DNA of 32,000 nucleotides, taken from Cuniculiplasma divulgatum (GTDB taxonomy: Archaea > Thermoplasmatota > Thermoplasmata > Thermoplasmatales > Thermoplasmataceae). The position numbers and the translations under genes were made by a program. Positions 18,471-27,351 of this stretch are shown here, piece by piece. The stretch is from assembly GCF_900083515.1 (NCBI RefSeq), contig NZ_LT671858.1, positions 210,001 through 242,000 on the forward strand. The letters are read 5' to 3'. Positions within the stretch are counted from its first letter, which is position 1. The number at the start of each line of letters is the position of its first letter. Below the pieces are notes generated by a model that saw only the letters and a program-made list of their open reading frames with translations, searched no databases and was not told the origin of the DNA.

Positions 18471-19697
18471 ATGTCAGAAAGTAAACAAATGCCAACATTT
18501 CAGGACATACAGGATGCGAGAAAATTCCTCAGGGGAAAAACAGAGATTACTCCACTCATGTATTCAAAAACATTTTCAGACATGTTCAATGCACCTATTT
18601 ACCTGAAGCTCGAAAACTTTCAGAAGACAGGCTCATTTAAATCCAGAGGTGCGCTTTTCAAGATAAGTATGCTCACCGAAAAAGAAAAGACCGCCGGTGT
18701 TGTGGCCTGCAGCGCTGGAAATCATGCGCAGGGGGTAGCTTTTGCTGCCAGGGCAAGTGGAATAAGTTCAAAAATAGTAATGCCTTCCTACACAATAAGT
18801 GCTAAGATTAACGCTGTGAGGAACTACGGTGCAGAAATACTTCTTCATGGTGATAGTTACGCGGAATCATATCTGGAGGCAAAGAGGATCGCACTGAGCG
18901 AAGGCAGAACATTCATAGATGGATTCAACGACAGGTTCATAATTTCAGGTCAGGGCACCATTGGTCTGGAAATCATTGAACAGTTGCCAGAGGTTGAAAA
19001 TGTGATTGTGCCGACGGGAGGTGGGGGACTCATATCTGGTATAGCAATGGCAATAAAGGAATCAGGAAAAACAACCAGGGTTTACGGAGTGCAGAGCGAG
19101 AACTGTGATGCAGTAATTCAGAATCTTTCAGGTGGACCAGTAGTTGGTTCAAGAGGATTCACAATAGCAGATGGAATTGCGGTCCAGAATCCAGGGGACA
19201 TGAATATTGAACTAATCAGGAAATATGTGGATAACGTAGTCAGTGTTAACGATGAACAGATGGCATATGCATTATTCAAGTTACTTGAGAGGCAGAAGAT
19301 AGTAGTGGAGGCATCAGGAGCAGCACCACTGGCTGCCATTATGTCACGAAAGATAGACTTAAAAGGAAAACCTACAGTACTTGTAGTTTCAGGTGGAAAT
19401 ATTGATCTCCTCCTTCTTTCAAAAATAATATTCAAGAGTATGGAAATAGACCTAGGGTTGGTAAGGATCGAGTGTAAGATACCTGACAGGCCTGGGACGC
19501 TTCAGAAAATTACATCCTCCATATCCGCGTCAGGAGCAAATATATTTCATGCAGAAGTGGATAACCTTTCTCAGGATACGCCGGTAGGTTACCAGAATAT
19601 TCGGTTCAGTATTAATGTCCGGGACAAGGATCATCTCGATATACTTCTTGAAAGACTAAAAGAATCTGGCTATAAATTTGTCGTAAAATCCGATTGA
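18471..19697 (+). CDS. ilvA: Threonine ammonia-lyase (threonine dehydratase) with C-terminal ACT-like domain
   Basis: PLP-lysine motif GSFKSRGA, glycine loop PTGGGGLISG, SGGN motif, and a ~80-aa ACT-like tail. An AAGGTGAGG SD lies 6 nt before the ATG at 18471. Confidence 0.9.
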   Translation: MSESKQMPTFQDIQDARKFLRGKTEITPLMYSKTFSDMFNAPIYLKLENFQKTGSFKSRGALFKISMLTEKEKTAGVVACSAGNHAQGVAFAARASGISSKIVMPSYTISAKINAVRNYGAEILLHGDSYAESYLEAKRIALSEGRTFIDGFNDRFIISGQGTIGLEIIEQLPEVENVIVPTGGGGLISGIAMAIKESGKTTRVYGVQSENCDAVIQNLSGGPVVGSRGFTIADGIAVQNPGDMNIELIRKYVDNVVSVNDEQMAYALFKLLERQKIVVEASGAAPLAAIMSRKIDLKGKPTVLVVSGGNIDLLLLSKIIFKSMEIDLGLVRIECKIPDRPGTLQKITSSISASGANIFHAEVDNLSQDTPVGYQNIRFSINVRDKDHLDILLERLKESGYKFVVKSD

Positions 19698-19797
19698 GTT
19701 TCTTTAAACTTTTACATCATATGATCTGATTATTTTTTAATGAAGGGAATGACTATATTTCTTAATTTGACTAATTAATTGCTGTGATGGTTGAATA

Positions 19798-20886
19798 TCA
19801 GAATTTGCTGATTACGGTAACAATATCACCATCTGATACACCGTAGTCAAGGCCAACCCTCATGTCTCTTATTTTTGCAGATTCACTGGTTATTATAGCA
19901 TATCTGAAAGATTCAATCATCTCCCTGCTTATCTTCCTGCAAACTTCCCTTATGGTTGCCCCTTCTGTAAGAACAAGGGGTCTTTCAAAGTCAATAACTC
20001 CTGCCTTATTCCTGAGAAATACCCTTACAAGATTCAACTCATCATAGAGTGCCTCCTTTAGTTCATCAACTCCTACCTTTGATGATGCAGATACTCTTAT
20101 TACCTTACCATATCTTTTCATTGCATCTATCTTACTTTCATCGTGAGGCATATCTATCTTATTAATGACTACAAGTGCCGGTATATAGACAACATTTCCC
20201 CTGAAAAAATCAATAAGGTCATCGTCAGTTATATTCTCCCTTATGTAAAGTTCAAGATTTGTTAGCTTGAATTCCTTGGCAATTGCCTTAATTCTATCTT
20301 CATTCAGGTCAAGGCTCCTAGGTTTCCTTATCTTTATTCCACCTGTATTCATGCGCTTCATTGAAATGTTTTTTTTCTTCCTGTTTATCACTATACCTGA
20401 TTTTCTCAGTTCCTCTATGATCCTGTCCATTCCCTTGCATTCCACATCAGATATAAGCAGAATAAGATCAACTGCTCTAACCATACTTAACACCTCTCTT
20501 CCTCTGCCAGACCCCAGGGCTGCATTATCTATGATTCCTGGAAGATCGAGGATCTGAATCTGTGTACCCTTGTATTTTAGAGTGCCTGGAATTACTGTGA
20601 GGGTTGTGAATGCGAAATTTCCTACTTCACTTTCTGTTCCTGTAATTGCGTTAAGTAGACTGCTTTTTCCAACATTTGGATAGCCAACCAGAGCCACGGA
20701 AGCATCTCCAGATTTCGGGATGGAAAACCCACCCTTTCCACCAGAATGTCCGGCTTTTTCAGCGTCAAGCTGGAGTTTTGCCATCTTGGCTTTAAGCAGA
20801 CCGATATGAGATTCTGTTGCTTTGTTATATTTAGTTTTATGAATCTCTTCTTCTATCTCCTTAATTCTATCCTCTATTGTGGTCAA
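19798..20886 (-). CDS. DRG/Rbg-type OBG-family GTPase with C-terminal TGS domain
   Basis: G1 motif GYPNVGKSSLLN, G3 motif DLPG, G4 motif NKID, an N-terminal helical segment (KNKATE-like: YNKATESHIGLLKAKMAKL), and a TGS-like C-terminus. Confidence 0.9.
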   Translation of the reverse strand: MTTIEDRIKEIEEEIHKTKYNKATESHIGLLKAKMAKLQLDAEKAGHSGGKGGFSIPKSGDASVALVGYPNVGKSSLLNAITGTESEVGNFAFTTLTVIPGTLKYKGTQIQILDLPGIIDNAALGSGRGREVLSMVRAVDLILLISDVECKGMDRIIEELRKSGIVINRKKKNISMKRMNTGGIKIRKPRSLDLNEDRIKAIAKEFKLTNLELYIRENITDDDLIDFFRGNVVYIPALVVINKIDMPHDESKIDAMKRYGKVIRVSASSKVGVDELKEALYDELNLVRVFLRNKAGVIDFERPLVLTEGATIREVCRKISREMIESFRYAIITSESAKIRDMRVGLDYGVSDGDIVTVISKF

Positions 20887-21131
20887 TTATTTTCCTCTTT
20901 AAATATCAAATTCCATACAAAGAAAGTTTCTGAACTCTTCACCATCATGGAAGCATTTCAGCAACTTTCTACTACGATTTCCGTATAATGGTTAATGTAT
21001 TAATTTATCTTTTTATTGTAGAGCATTTTTCCATGCAAACATTCTCAATTTATTGAAACGAAGAGGGTAAAATGATGTTAAAAAATTTTATTATATGGAT
21101 TTAGTTTTCTTCATTGGTGTATAAAAAATAA

Positions 21132-22406
21132 TTATTCCTTTATTATAGTGCTCTCCCTTATCTTTCCTATAGATATGATCCTTACCGGCTTTCCACATAG
21201 CGTTTCTACTGTTTCAATGTAATTCTTCATCTCGGGTGGCACACTTTTATAACCAGTTTCAACAATATGTTCGATCTCAGATTCCTTAAGTTTTCCCCAG
21301 CTATCCATGTGTATATATTGAGGTTCTGCCATAGCGTAACCCATTAAAACGTTCATTGGATTCATTACTTCCGGTCTATAAGATTTACATATGGAAATTT
21401 CCTTAAAAGTTCCAAGAACGTCAAGTTTAGTGATTGAGAGTTCATCAACATCGTTTAGTTCAGATGCATACTTCACAAGAGGAATATCCAGCCATCCAAC
21501 TCTTCTTGGTCTGCCAGTGGTTGTACCATATTCAGCACCAGCCTCCCTGAGACGGTCTGCATCAGTTCCACTTAGCTCTGTGGGAAACGGCCCCTCACCA
21601 ACCCTGGAAGTATAGGATTTTATTACACCAATTATCCTGCTTATTTTTCTTAGTGAAACTCCAGAACCAGTATGTATAGCGCCAGAAATTGTATTTGATG
21701 AGGTAACATAGGGATATGATCCAAAATCAATGTCTAGCATTGTTCCGTGACCACCCTCAAAAACCATCTCTTCTCCACTATTCACGCAGTCAAATAGAAA
21801 TGATTCAGTTCTTGTTACATAATCTTTGATCTGTGGCCAGAAGCCAGCAAGTTCATTGGCGAGCTGATTTAGTTTTTCCTCCGATTGATATTCAGTTCCC
21901 CTTAGCTCGGATTCTCTCATTCTTGAAATGAGCGAAAGCTTCTGTTTGACAACATTTATATCTTTCAGGTCTCCTATTCTAATACCATTTCTTGAATATT
22001 TCTCTTCATAGGTTGGGCCTATTCCATGGGATGTGGTTCCTATCTTGCTTGCACCACGCATCTCCTCCTGAGCCTTGTCCATTGCCTTATGAAGTTTTGT
22101 AACAACATTAGCGGCTGAACTTATGAGTATTTTCAGTCTTGGATTTTCTGGTCGTACGGTCTTAATCTCTGCAATAAGTGCTTCAGGATCTATGACCATA
22201 CCATTTCCAAGAACAATTGTTTTAGATCGAAGAGAACCTGCAGGAAGGAGATGAAACTTGAATGTACCCTTACTGGTGACGACTGTATGTCCGGCATTTG
22301 TACCGCCATTATATCTTACCATAATTGAATCCTTTCCGGAAACAAAATCAGTTATCTTTCCCTTCCCCTCGTCACCAAATTGCAATCCAAGTACAAGGCT
22401 TCTCAT
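21132..22406 (-). CDS. purA: Adenylosuccinate synthetase
   Basis: P-loop-like GLQFGDEGKGK, GGTNAGHTV, GTTSHGIGPTYEEK and TTGRPRRVGWLD. Confidence 0.95.
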   Translation of the reverse strand: MRSLVLGLQFGDEGKGKITDFVSGKDSIMVRYNGGTNAGHTVVTSKGTFKFHLLPAGSLRSKTIVLGNGMVIDPEALIAEIKTVRPENPRLKILISSAANVVTKLHKAMDKAQEEMRGASKIGTTSHGIGPTYEEKYSRNGIRIGDLKDINVVKQKLSLISRMRESELRGTEYQSEEKLNQLANELAGFWPQIKDYVTRTESFLFDCVNSGEEMVFEGGHGTMLDIDFGSYPYVTSSNTISGAIHTGSGVSLRKISRIIGVIKSYTSRVGEGPFPTELSGTDADRLREAGAEYGTTTGRPRRVGWLDIPLVKYASELNDVDELSITKLDVLGTFKEISICKSYRPEVMNPMNVLMGYAMAEPQYIHMDSWGKLKESEIEHIVETGYKSVPPEMKNYIETVETLCGKPVRIISIGKIRESTIIKE

Positions 22407-22509
22407 AGTTTTTCAATGGAATTTGTTTCATCTATTAATTACCTTTGCTAAGAAATGATGGAAAAAATTATAGATCGGGATGAATAGGAAAAAAACAGGT
22501 GAACTTTGA

Positions 22510-23394
22510 ATGGAAGATATGCTGGATAAAGATTTTATAAAGCTCATAGAGAACAGTTTTCCTGAAATTAGAATAAACAAGTTTTCCAGTCTAGATTATG
22601 GATGGAACAATCATGTAATAGTTGTAAATGATGAAATTGTTTTTAGGATTCCAAGGAACAAGGGGAATGAATCAATTCTTAAAAACGAGGTGAATCTTCT
22701 AAAGATTCTTCAAAAGTGCCCATTCAGCATTCCAGATTATATCTATCTGAACACGAATCCCATATTTTTTGGTGGATATAGGATGATTCATGGCGACTAT
22801 CTAAACAATGCAGGAAAACTTGGAAAGGGATTGATCAGCGATTTTCTAACTCTGAGGACATTTCTGGATACAATAGGATCAGATGACGTTAGGAGGACGG
22901 GTTTGCCTGTTTACAACTATAAAAAATGGGTTGAGGGACAGGGGGAGAGGATAGAAAAATATAAACTTTCCCTCAATGAAATAATGCCTGAGAAGTTCTT
23001 AAGTGCAGTGAAGGAAAAATGGTACGAAGTTTCTGAAGACATGGAACAATTGGATATGGGGCTGATTCATGGTGATCTTTACAGGAAGAATGTTATAATA
23101 TCCGAAAATCATAGAAAAATAAGAGGCATAATAGATTGGAGTGATTCAGCTTACGGAGATCGTGCGCTGGATTTCGCGGCATTTGGATATGATTTTCCGC
23201 TAAAGGAAAACCTCCATATGCTTCAGGCACAGAAGGATCAATTTGCAGTAAGAGCCATGAAGAGAATCATTTTTTACAGAAATACAGACGGATTCTATCT
23301 GGCTCACTACCTTGCAAAAACAGGAAGAAGAAAGGAGGCAGAAATGGAATGCAGAAATATTGTCAGTATATGGAAGAAATATGGCTGGTATTAA
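22510..23394 (+). CDS. Aminoglycoside-phosphotransferase-like (APH/choline kinase fold) small-molecule kinase, substrate unknown
   Basis: Catalytic loop LIHGDLYRKNVII and metal-binding IIDWSDSAYGD. A CAGGTGA SD lies 7 nt upstream. Confidence 0.8.
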   Translation: MEDMLDKDFIKLIENSFPEIRINKFSSLDYGWNNHVIVVNDEIVFRIPRNKGNESILKNEVNLLKILQKCPFSIPDYIYLNTNPIFFGGYRMIHGDYLNNAGKLGKGLISDFLTLRTFLDTIGSDDVRRTGLPVYNYKKWVEGQGERIEKYKLSLNEIMPEKFLSAVKEKWYEVSEDMEQLDMGLIHGDLYRKNVIISENHRKIRGIIDWSDSAYGDRALDFAAFGYDFPLKENLHMLQAQKDQFAVRAMKRIIFYRNTDGFYLAHYLAKTGRRKEAEMECRNIVSIWKKYGWY

Positions 23395-23473
23395 TATCTT
23401 AATATTTAATATTAATATAATGGCACACATAAATCCCACCATTTCTTTTTAAATGAAAAAACCCTTAAAAAAA

Positions 23474-23485
23474 GCATTTATCTAA
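23474..23485 (+). promoter_or_regulatory. Candidate TATA box for icd (leaderless-type spacing)
   Basis: GCATTTATCTAA is centred about 24 nt upstream of the ATG at 23503, and there is no SD. Confidence 0.4.
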
Positions 23486-23502
23486 AGTGAGCATATAGAA
23501 TC

Positions 23503-24714
23503 ATGGCATATATAACAATAGATAGTGATAATAAATTAAAGGTACCCAATAAGGCAACTATTGGTTACATTGAAGGAGATGGGATCGGTCCGGATATTAC
23601 CAAAGCCATGATAAACACTGTAAATGCCTCCATAGAAGTAGCCTATTCAGGTGAAAGGTCAATAGAATGGGAAAAAATAATGGCTGGAGAAGAAGCCTTT
23701 GAAAAAACTGGAGAACATTTACCCAAGGATTCACTGAAACAGATAGAAAAGTGTGTCGTGTCCATAAAGGGACCACTGACAACTCCCATAGGTCAGGGGT
23801 TCAGGAGTCTGAATGTTACACTTCGCCAGCAGTTTGATCTGTATGCTAATGTAAGGCCTGTAAAATATTTTCCAGGAGTTCCATCGCCAGTTGTGCATCC
23901 AGAAAATATGAATATGGTGGTATTCAGGGAGAATACAGAAGACCTCTATTCGGGAATTGAGTGGAAATATGACTCCGAAGGGGCGAAGAAAGTAAGAGAG
24001 TTTTTATCACAGGAGTTTGGTATAAGTCTGACTGATGATACTGGCATTGGAATCAAGCCAATAAGCAAGTTTAAGAGCCAAAGGCTTGTAAGAAAGGCAA
24101 TCGAATTTGCCATAGCGAACAGGAGGAGAAGCGTTACCCTGATGCATAAAGGAAACATAATGAAGTACACAGAAGGAGCCTTTAAGGACTGGGGATACGA
24201 AATAGCCAAACATGAATTTGGTCAGCAAACTGTTACAGAAGATGAATATCTTCAGAATCCAGACGCAATGGGTGACAGGATCGTAATAAAGGATAGAATT
24301 GCTGATAACATGTTCCAGCAGGCACTTACCAGAACGGCTGAGTATGATGTGATTGCAGCCCCAAATCTAAACGGGGACTACATATCCGATGCACTGGCCG
24401 CTCAGGTTGGAGGAATTGGCATTGCACCAGGAGCTAATATAGGTGATGTATATGCAATTTTTGAGGCAGTTCATGGAACGGCCCCAAAATATGCCGGGAT
24501 GGATGTGGCTAACCCAACGTCACTTATCCTTTCTGCAACTATGCTATTAAGGCACATCGGCTGGACAGAAGCTGCGGACATACTGGATAACGCGGTAACT
24601 GCATGTTACAAAGATCAGAAGGTAACACAGGATCTTGCCAGAATACTAAATATAAGAGCACTCAAATGCTCAGAATTTGGCGATGAAATAATAAAGAGGA
24701 TGAAGAAAGAGTAG
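23503..24714 (+). CDS. icd: Isocitrate dehydrogenase (NADP-type, prokaryotic homodimeric family)
   Basis: SIKGPLTTPIGQGFRSLNVTLRQQFDLYANVRP closely matches the substrate/phospho-Ser loop of bacterial ICDH. NLNGDYISD and HGTAPKYAG motifs are also present. Confidence 0.95.
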   Translation: MAYITIDSDNKLKVPNKATIGYIEGDGIGPDITKAMINTVNASIEVAYSGERSIEWEKIMAGEEAFEKTGEHLPKDSLKQIEKCVVSIKGPLTTPIGQGFRSLNVTLRQQFDLYANVRPVKYFPGVPSPVVHPENMNMVVFRENTEDLYSGIEWKYDSEGAKKVREFLSQEFGISLTDDTGIGIKPISKFKSQRLVRKAIEFAIANRRRSVTLMHKGNIMKYTEGAFKDWGYEIAKHEFGQQTVTEDEYLQNPDAMGDRIVIKDRIADNMFQQALTRTAEYDVIAAPNLNGDYISDALAAQVGGIGIAPGANIGDVYAIFEAVHGTAPKYAGMDVANPTSLILSATMLLRHIGWTEAADILDNAVTACYKDQKVTQDLARILNIRALKCSEFGDEIIKRMKKE

Positions 24715-24716
24715 GA

Positions 24717-25901
24717 CTATACGAGTAGTGCTCTACTGCTCTCCACATTCCTCAAAATTTCAATACCAGTTCTACTTTTTGCAAAGTCCACTGCATTGAA
24801 GGAATCGGTAAAAATATTTATGAAATTGCAGTTTTTCACTGACATTGCCTTTTCAATTGCATCCTTCAAGTTCTTAAAATGATATAGAACAATAACCGGG
24901 CCAGGTATCTGTTCCATTGGAACAATCTTTTCTCCATATCTATTCTCAAGTAAATGAACACTTTCATGAAGACCGTCAACATAATCAAAGTCATTTTCCA
25001 AAAGTTTCCTTACGGATTGCCTTGCCATCTCTGCGTCTTCCTGTGTATTGAAGTAGTTTATATCACCCTCCGGTCCGTATCCCTTTTTTACATCCCTCTT
25101 GAGGAACTCAATTATCCTGTTTTTAAAAAATATGTACTCCTTATCAGAAACTAGAAATAACTGACTCCTGAGAAATCTGTTTGATACAGAAAGATATGAA
25201 ATTCCAGGAACTGAGTTTGTTGCCATTTCCATATGGCTACTATCCGGTACAATACTAACACCATTCTCAAACTGCTTCCAAATTACGTTATTCTTAGTTA
25301 CAGCCTTCTGGACGTCAATAAAATCTTTAGTGTTACCATAGATAAGTATTCGCTCTCCTTCACCCCACTTATCAAAGGCTCTAATTGAGTTTTCTTCAGC
25401 AACATCCAGAATATATTCGCTGGTTTCTCTGAGATATTCATATATATCATTACTGAGCGTCATAGTGCTTATAGGACACTGAGAATTATGGAGAATCATA
25501 GGTTTTGTCCCATTGATAATTGATTCAACAATTCCAACGAACATTGTGTATACCGGAATGGAAATATCAGGAACTACAGCGGTAATCTTCCTAAATTGAT
25601 CAGTTCTCACGCGTTCACTTCCCAGAACTTCAATCAACCTTGGAGCATAATTATACTTCATTAATTGCACTGTTCTGAGTAATTCTTCCTTGCATGAAAG
25701 TTTAGTCCTTCCAGTCTCCATAGATAAAATGGATATCCTTTCATCGGATGCGGAAAACTTTTCAAGAACAGAAATCATCGTTTCTATAAGTCTTGAGGGG
25801 GTCAATCGTGAATCACTGGAATGTTCAGTCTTAAGTTCTGAAAGTTTTATATCTTCTACTTCACCAATTTCAGTGGAATCAAATTTACTCCTAACTTTCA
25901 T
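24717..25901 (-). CDS. Divergent aldehyde-dehydrogenase-superfamily-like protein, apparently lacking the catalytic Cys
   Basis: Collinear weak matches to ALDH blocks. ETGRTK corresponds to E.GKP. GTKPMILHNSQCPIS corresponds to GN.VV.KPSE.TP. ILIYGNTKDF corresponds to I.FTGST..G. IVPDSSHMEMA corresponds to IV..DAD...A. IPGPVIVLYHFKNLKDAIEKA corresponds to FGPV....F....EAI..A. The start is set at the ATG at 25901; the ORF track uses the TTG at 25946. Confidence 0.55.
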   Translation of the reverse strand: MKVRSKFDSTEIGEVEDIKLSELKTEHSSDSRLTPSRLIETMISVLEKFSASDERISILSMETGRTKLSCKEELLRTVQLMKYNYAPRLIEVLGSERVRTDQFRKITAVVPDISIPVYTMFVGIVESIINGTKPMILHNSQCPISTMTLSNDIYEYLRETSEYILDVAEENSIRAFDKWGEGERILIYGNTKDFIDVQKAVTKNNVIWKQFENGVSIVPDSSHMEMATNSVPGISYLSVSNRFLRSQLFLVSDKEYIFFKNRIIEFLKRDVKKGYGPEGDINYFNTQEDAEMARQSVRKLLENDFDYVDGLHESVHLLENRYGEKIVPMEQIPGPVIVLYHFKNLKDAIEKAMSVKNCNFINIFTDSFNAVDFAKSRTGIEILRNVESSRALLV

Positions 25902-26296
25902 ATTGAACAGAATAGTATATCTTCTAGCATAAAGAGTGTTTCGCAAAATTGTTCAACACCCAGTTGTTAGAAAGCCACATATACTCAGTTTTGTGATATT
26001 TAAATAATCTAACCTTCAATAACATAATTGTTCAACATAACAATTCTACCAAAGAAATAATACATAAAAGATCTTGGAAGATACTCCTACTTAAAGAAGT
26101 TGTCATGGATATATTTTGTTAACCAGAAAGAGGTAAAATAGGTCCTGAAATGATCACAACGAAGAGTCAGTGGAAAATTTGATCTGATACCATTAAAAAA
26201 GAAAATTATAAATTAATGACTTATTGTTCCGACTCCATCGCATGGAAGAAAGGTTTGTATATTGATTTCAATTTAAGATAAATTCTAAAAAATGGA

Positions 26297-26306
26297 AATA
26301 TTATAA
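26297..26306 (+). promoter_or_regulatory. Candidate TATA box for the DsrE-like gene (leaderless-type spacing)
   Basis: AAATATTATA is centred about 27 nt upstream of the ATG at 26329, and there is no SD. Confidence 0.4.
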
Positions 26307-26328
26307 CGTAGTACTGCAATGTGTAACA

Positions 26329-26649
26329 ATGAAGGTAGTGATACAGGTATCAGAAAAGGATAAAATTCCGATGGGGAATATTGTCGGATCTCACATTGCA
26401 GTTTTAAAGGATGTTGAAACTATAGAGGTGGTATTTCTGGAAGGTGCCATAGTGGCAACCGTAAATGAGGAAATGATAAAGCCTCTACTGGAAGAAAAAA
26501 AGCTTATATTAATGGCATGTAAAACTTCTATGGAAATGAACAACATAAAAGCTTCAGATCTTGTGAAGGGAGTTTCACCTACACCTCAGGGTGGGTTCAT
26601 CGAAATCATAAGGAGACAGCAGGAAGGATGGTACTACATTCATGTATAG
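26329..26649 (+). CDS. DsrE/DsrF-like small protein (COG1416-type)
   Basis: The ~106-aa pattern is MKVVIQV...IEVVFLEGAI...LMACKTSMEMNNI...LVKGV..V..G..EIIRRQQEGWYYI. It resembles the DsrE-like family, including the conserved Cys and the C-terminal Q.EG(W/Y).YI. Confidence 0.6.
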   Translation: MKVVIQVSEKDKIPMGNIVGSHIAVLKDVETIEVVFLEGAIVATVNEEMIKPLLEEKKLILMACKTSMEMNNIKASDLVKGVSPTPQGGFIEIIRRQQEGWYYIHV

Positions 26650-26885
26650 TTTCAGTATAAGTAAGGCCTAAATTTACCTGAGCATCCCTTACAGAATCAT
26701 GAAGGTATTTCGCAACAAAACCATTTGATATGCACTGTTCATTTAGATTTTTATAATCTATTTTTGAATAAGTTGATTCTGCAAGTTAAGATTTTGCATT
26801 TTAATATTAGAATCTTTTCCTGGACAAATATATATACATAAAATATAATAAATTATTATGAATATATAATTCTACGCGTAACCAA

Positions 26886-26896
26886 AATTAATATAT
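26886..26896 (+). promoter_or_regulatory. Candidate TATA box for the 143-aa membrane protein gene
   Basis: AATTAATATAT is centred about 26 nt upstream of the ATG at 26917. Confidence 0.4.
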
Positions 26897-26916
26897 GACG
26901 CATTCTTTAAGTAAGC

Positions 26917-27348
26917 ATGAAAAGACGAATGTTGGATTCAGATGAATCCAGCGGAAGTATGCTGAAAGGTATAGTTGCAACCTTTCTCTCCATGTTGATT
27001 CTAGGTCCATTTATGGGAATAGGATGGATCATATCGGGACTTTTTGGAGGGATTGCATCACGAGGTGGCCTAAGAGGCTTTGTAGCAGGACTGATTGGGG
27101 GAATAGTTCTAGCCCTCATAGTCATTGAGATATCTTACTATGTGGGGCCTTCAACAATCAACCATATAATGAGTTATACCGGTAATTTCTACTTTGTTAA
27201 CAATGTAAAGACAATTTACCTTGAAACAAGGCAGCAACTGGGTGTAGACCCATTGCATACAATAATAAGTGTTGTAGCAGAAGGAGCAATAGTACCAGCA
27301 GTTGGCGGTCTCATAGGTGGGTTTTTCCTGTCTAGAGACTCAGATTAA
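26917..27348 (+). CDS. Hypothetical Gly-rich membrane protein (143 aa)
   Basis: Three to four hydrophobic, glycine-zipper-like segments (GLFGGIASRGGLRGFVAGLIGGIVLALIV; GAIVPAVGGLIGGFFL). No family assigned with confidence. Confidence 0.55.
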   Translation: MKRRMLDSDESSGSMLKGIVATFLSMLILGPFMGIGWIISGLFGGIASRGGLRGFVAGLIGGIVLALIVIEISYYVGPSTINHIMSYTGNFYFVNNVKTIYLETRQQLGVDPLHTIISVVAEGAIVPAVGGLIGGFFLSRDSD

Positions 27349-27351
27349 AAA

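Noticed and set aside
3767-19435. Other antisense or overlapping ORFs of 60-121 aa (e.g. 3767-4069, 11144-11458, 12324-12605, 13999-14280, 14323-14665, 17977-18342, 19118-19435)
   Set aside because: Each is fully embedded opposite, or out of frame within, a gene that has clear family motifs. Their composition is typical of antisense frames in AT-rich coding DNA.
22454-22461. C-box-like AATGATGG (and AATGATGT near 21072) as a possible C/D-box sRNA
   Set aside because: It does not match RUGAUGA exactly. There is no properly spaced CUGA D box, no terminal stem, and no guide complementarity that I could find.
23400-23414. A/T-only palindrome TAATATT-T-AATATTA just after the APH-like gene stop
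   Set aside because: It is pure A/T low complexity in an AT-rich spacer and could form no stable hairpin. It is more likely part of a T/A-rich termination or promoter region than a specific site.
25902-25946. TTG-initiated 15-aa N-terminal extension of the ALDH-like ORF (MRNTLYARRYTILFN)
   Set aside because: It uses a rare start codon and the extension is uninformative. The ATG at 25901 is preferred, but this is not proven.
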